Shown: positions 59,151-64,000 of the stretch, piece after piece | Position numbering within the stretch: position 1 is the first letter of the stretch | Layout: every line of letters begins with the position of its first letter | DNA from: the human T2T-CHM13v2.0 reference genome, Homo sapiens | Strand: one strand, 5' to 3' | DNA: 64,000 bases | NCBI RefSeq assembly: GCF_009914755.1 | Contig: NC_060931.1 | Position numbers and translations under genes: made by a program | The notes under the pieces: generated by a model | The model's input: the letters and a program-made list of their open reading frames with translations, nothing else | What the model was told of the DNA's origin: nothing | The model's database searches: none

Positions 59151-60039
59151 GAAACTTTCTTTAATTTGACTGCCCTGACTTGTGTCATAGCTGCCCCCTG
59201 GGACCTCACATGACATCCAGGCTCCTCACACAGTGGTTTGGGGATCTTTTCTGATCCAGGAGACCACGGCAGTCTCAGCTCCAGCCACCAACACTGGGAT
59301 CCATGGTGGCCAGAGAACTCCTTGCTGTTTCCTTTGCTTTTGGGCTCTATTCCCCGCAATCCATTCTCCTCTTCCATTCCTCCAATTCCACCCACCATTT
59401 GCCTAGAGGAGTCCTATGGAGCTCCTGAAAGCCATCTTCCAGCTCTTAAGTCATCTCCCTCTCTGTTCCCTCATGGCTTCATATCTCATTCATGTTTATT
59501 TGTGTGTTTTATCTTCAGCTCCTAACACATACTAATTCTCAATGAATATTTGTCATTGAACATTTTATTATTAGAATAAAATTGTACATTTATTTTTAAA
59601 AATAAAGCCAGTACAGTATATCAACCTTTAACTCATAGAGAACACATATTATAATGATTGTATTAGTACAAATAACCTCGAACATGCAAAATGAGTAGAT
59701 AACCTAATATATATTGAATACTTCTATTTATTTAAAATATGCTTTGGCATGTGCGACTACATGTACAAAAAGATTGGCAAGGATGTTAACAGTTATTATC
59801 TTTGAGTTATGGAATTTATGAGGAATTTCTCTAGTTCCAATATTTTTGGTAAAATCTATAATTTCTGAAATGAATATAAATCGTTATTTTTAATATATTA
59901 TAAAACAAATTTTGAAAAGAAACAAATGATTAGGTGATGATGATTTAAAATGTTACTTAAAAGAAATAGACCAAGCATTACTCAGCAGGATTTAGGTTCT
60001 TTTTCCTTGAACTGGACTCACAGTAAGTAGAGCATGTGC

Positions 60040-60210
60040 AATACTACCTATTGTCTAAGCGTTTGCATATGCATAAGTTGAATGTTCTTTCTTCGAATGC
60101 ATGAAGAAATCGAAACACAGAGAAGTAAACTTGCTCAATGTCACTACACCAGTAAATTGAAAAGTCAAGACTTGTACCCTGGATGTCTGGCTCTTTCACC
60201 AACTGCACTG
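60040..60210 (-). mobile_element. MIR
   Basis: ATGAAGAAATCGAAACACAGAGAAGTAAACTTGCTCAATGTCAC. Confidence 0.75.
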
Positions 60211-60937
60211 TCACCTCTAGAGTCACTATGCTATCTTTCTAGATTTAAAGCTTACATGTGGATAAAAGTAGACGGTTTTCTCATTGCTTTATTTTTACCT
60301 TGAAGGCAAAATATGTCAGGTGATGCATGTATAAATGAGTGGCTTGAATTAAATAAAACCCTGATTATAACAAGACAAACTATTTCCAACAGTGGCTTGT
60401 ATATGTGGTTTCTATAATGGAGTAAAATATGTTGTTACAAACAAGATTTTGTTATGGTTTTGTCAGATTATCACCAATTTTCCTATGGTCTGCACAAATT
60501 ATTCCTTCATTTTTAAGAATGTCTGTAACTGTTGCTGAATGTAAACTGGCTCTTTCAGTCATCTGGAAAATTTTCCCATACAATGTAAATTTAAAGTTGT
60601 ATTTGACAATCAGTGGAATTGTTTTCCCTTTGCTTTAATCTAAATGAACAGTACATATAAAAGTAAAGAAACTGGCAAGCATGGATGACTATCTGTGGAC
60701 CAGAATTAGGTGTTTTCATTAAATTATTAAATACCCACAATAATCCCAGAGTAGAAATTGGAAACTCTGCCTTACAGATGGGAAAGTGACTGGTTTCCAT
60801 TGTTGGAAGCAAGACGGGTCAGGATGAAAATGCAGTCAGCAGTTTTCAAATATATATTAATTTTATTTTTAAAAAACTATCAACTTTATAGCACTCCAGG
60901 TTTAAGAACAACAGGTTTGAAAACTAGGCAAATGAAA

Positions 60938-60939
<2 letters not shown>

Positions 60940-60971
<32 letters not shown>

Positions 60972-60980
60972 AGAGAGAGA
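60940..60980. repeat. (GA)n microsatellite
   Basis: Directly visible. Confidence 0.9.
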
Positions 60981-60990
60981 AATCAGATAG

Positions 60991-61377
60991 TTGGTTACAG
61001 ACTGAATTGTGCTCCCACCCAAAATTTACAAGCAGACGTACTAACCTGCACCACCTCAGGATGTGTTTGTATCTGGAGATAGGGTCTTTAAACAGGCGAG
61101 TAAGTTAAAATGAGGTCATTCGTGTGGGCCCTAATCCAATAGGACTAGTGTCCTTGTAAGAAGAAGAGACCTCAGGAATGAGCACACACAGATGAAAGGC
61201 CACATGACAGAGTGAGAAGTAGCATTTGTAAGCCAAAGAGAGGCCTCAGGAGAACCAAACCTGTCAACATTTTGATCTTGAACTTCCAGCCTCTGGAATT
61301 GTAAGAAAATGAATTTGTATTATTTATGCCACCCAGTCTGTGGCAGTTTGTCATGACCACCTTAATAAACTAATACA
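60991..61377 (+). mobile_element. MaLR LTR (MLT1A/B-like) with 5-bp TSD GATAG
   Basis: GGAGATAGGGTCTTTAAA and GGGCCCTAATCCAAT, ends AAACTAATACA. GATAG at 60986-60990 and 61378-61382. Confidence 0.9.
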
Positions 61378-61397
61378 GATAGATAGAAAAATAGACT

Positions 61398-61496
61398 TTA
61401 TATATATGTATGTATGTGTGTGTATATATATGTGTATATATATGAGTGTATGTGTATATGTACACATGTGTGTGAATAGATATATTTATATATATT
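61398..61496. repeat. (TA)/(TG) low-complexity microsatellite
   Basis: Directly visible. Confidence 0.85.
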
Positions 61497-62972
61497 TCTA
61501 TTATTCTGGACTCTAATTGTGCAGTTCCAATTTAAAAAAAAAATAAGGTAGGCACTCAGGGAGAAGCACATTTTTATAAGCTATTTTTGCATTGCTTCTA
61601 ACTGCACGAGTAATCTTTATTGATATATTGCCAGGATATAATTTTTGTCAGAGATTGATTTGTCTGGAAATAATTTAGTTTGCAGACAAATTTTACCTAT
61701 CTTAGCATCATTCTGCTTGGAGTTTCATCTTCTGAAAACAAAGCTTTCATTTTGGTAGTAATGAATAACAGATGTTATTGTTAATGAGCTCTCCTTGGGA
61801 CTGAAAGAGTTTCCCCTTAGCAATAACCACCACAAAGGGTAGGAGGCTCACATTATTACAATCACAGGGCTTGGTGACCAGTTAGGATCCAGCATGCATT
61901 CCAACTTTGTGAACACATTCTTGAATAACAAAAGTTCTCTTCCATGATATCATAATGCTATTTTAATATGTACATGTAATCTGCATTATTATGGAATTTT
62001 TGTTTCTTACATGAATTGTTTAGGCCTGTTCTAATAACTATTCTTTGTTCATTATGTTGCATTTTAACCTAATAATCCCATTAATGTTAATGGGAACTGC
62101 CAAGTTAAAACCCATGGAAGCAAATTAATATGCCCTGCAGTCCTTGGACATGACTTTGATACATTTTATATTATTAGTCTCATTCACAGAAGGATTTTAT
62201 GTTGTTATAAATAGACATAATGAGACTGGATGCCTTCAGCAAAAGGGGAATGAGAAAGCTAGCTTGTTGGTTGTTAATTTAGGAACTGTAGAGAGCCAAT
62301 CCAGAAAATTCAAAAAGAAAGTTCACAGAACATTATGGAGTGACTCAGTGCATTTGTAAAATGTCAGGCTTTCTGCCTATGATTTGGGCTGGAACTCCCA
62401 CACCTCCAGAGAGTGTGACCCTCCTCTGGGTACTTTCAAAGAATGCTTGCAGCCCCACTCTGTACTAAGGTCACCATGTACTTTTCCGTTTCTCCAAATA
62501 GGATGAGAACCATTCAAAGGTCTTCATGTGATTTAATTGCTTTTATACATTATTGGATCTAGGGCTTAGCTAAGATATAGTAGGCTCCTCATGCAGGCTA
62601 AGAAGAATCTGACCTTCAGAGTGATATTTTTGAGTCTTTGATTAACAGGAATTCAGAGAACAGACTTGGGGGCTGTGGAAGCAGAGCTCGTGGTGTCCAC
62701 CTCTCATCTGGTAGACCCCACACAATGCAAGCAAAATACAAGCCAGAAAGTAACTGCTTTCTCCTAAGGAGGCGCTTTAGCAACATGTGAATGTTGTCAC
62801 TGGACCATGTTCTGAGCCAACTGCCTACTAATACTGCTCAAACCCACCAGCACACCTCTGGCCTTGCAGCCCATTCTGGAAAACATCACTGAGTCGTGTC
62901 TCTTCTTCTCTTTTCCTTTTTTGTTTTCATCTCTTTTCTTGTCTTCTCATGTTATTTCCCTTCATTTCCTTT

Positions 62973-63203
62973 TTTTTTTTATTTATTATTATACTTTAAG
63001 TTTTAGGGTACATGTGCACATTGTGCAGGTTAGTTACATACGTATACATGTGCCATGCTGGTGTGCTGCACCCACTAACTCGTCATCTAGCATTAGGTAT
63101 ATCTCCCAATGCTATCCCTCCCCCATCCCCCCACCCCACTACAGTCCCCATAGGTGGGAAATGAACAATGAGATCACATGGACACAGGAAGGGGAACATC
63201 ACA
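62973..63203 (-). mobile_element. Very short 5'-inverted L1PA2-type insertion, TSD CCCTTCATTTCCTTT (62958-62972 / 63204-63218)
   Basis: Poly-T plus antisense young L1 3' UTR (CCCACTAACTCGTCATCTAGC = GAG, non-Ta), then the adjacent upstream 3' UTR piece in opposite orientation (GAGATCACATGGACACAGGAAGGGG). Exact 15-bp TSD. Confidence 0.95.
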
Positions 63204-63587
63204 CCCTTCATTTCCTTTATTGGAAAGATGAGATAAAAAGCAGGCAAGGAAAATAAAAGGACAAGGTCTCCAGACAAAGAGGTGGTGATTCAAACACCAG
63301 ACCCCGCCATGTGTGTACCACTCTGCAATGTGCTGACTGCTTCACTACTTGGTCTTATTTAACCTCCAGGAAGGAATGATTTCCCTATTTTTAACAACAA
63401 AGAGAGTAGGTATTGCTATTCGTTTCCACCTTAACCTGACACGATGAGCTGACACAGATGGTAAATTGCACCATGGCAGTAGGTTGGCAGCTCAGCAGAC
63501 CCGGCTCCCAGCGGAAAACGTGAGAATTCAGGAGGAGCAAGGCTGGAAGAAGCATTGGAGCTGTTTGTGGGAGTGCTTCTCTTGTGA

Positions 63588-64000
63588 TTTCAGAGACCAA
63601 AATAAATGCCCCTTTATCAACTAAGAGGGACTGCAAGGTTAAAGAAGCAACATTACCTATACCAATAGGTTGAGGGTTCAGGAATTGACTGACATGACAA
63701 CTCCCTAAATTCCTATGGCTACAAGAAAAACCACATGCTTGCTAAACTGCCTAACAATAGGAGCTATCAGATGAATGATCAAACCTGTCTTAACGCTGAA
63801 TTACAGTCCAGACCACAACAACTGCGAATGGACAGAGGACCAGCCTGACAAACACCCTTTCCTGACAGGCAGCTGCAGACTTAAGCCAGTTTCAGCCTGA
63901 TTATAGAGATGGTGCACAAACTGTCTTTGTGTCCTATGGTCCATCTTTTGATGCAAACAGCCAAATTCCACTTTACTTTAAAGCTAAAACCCCATCAGAA
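63588..64000 (+). mobile_element. ERV1-class LTR (MER67-like), runs off the window
   Basis: AGAGACCAAAATAAATGCCCCTTTATCAACTAAG and CACAAACTGTCTTTGTGTCCTAT recalled from the MER67 family. Confidence 0.6.

Noticed and set aside
62076-62095. Short hairpin TCCCATTAA-TG-TTAATGGGA (similar ones near 17923 and 30550)
   Set aside because: Stems of 8-9 bp are expected by chance. No ncRNA features.

Overview
Primate genomic DNA, most likely human or another great ape (AluY copies and an L1PA2-type insertion). Transposable-element relics dominate: two internally deleted L1s that keep their 5' UTRs (L1PA15-17-like at ~0.3-6.2 kb, L1PB-like at ~41.3-45.3 kb), many older L1M/L2/MIR fragments, nine Alus, MaLR/ERVL/ERV1 solo LTRs, an LTR13A-type HERV-K solo LTR with 6-bp TSD and half a MADE1 MITE. 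I recognise no intact cellular protein-coding gene, tRNA, rRNA or CRISPR array. The ORFs in the track are decayed L1 ORF1/ORF2, Alu or antisense read-throughs, or chance ORFs. The main non-repeat functional candidate is a CpG-enriched, promoter-like segment at ~16.4-17.6 kb with several + strand splice donors. I found no convincing new biological system. The most unusual signals are structural: (i) a ~6.8 kb block, including apparently older repeats, nested in an otherwise contiguous L1M (possible ancient L1 3' transduction); (ii) several local templated-insertion or template-switch scars, one inside the candidate promoter; (iii) a ~230-bp twin-primed L1PA2 insertion with a perfect 15-bp TSD; (iv) a pure (TGCGGGGA)6 G4-type repeat. 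Subfamily names come from remembered consensus sequences, not from a search, and boundaries of old repeats are approximate.
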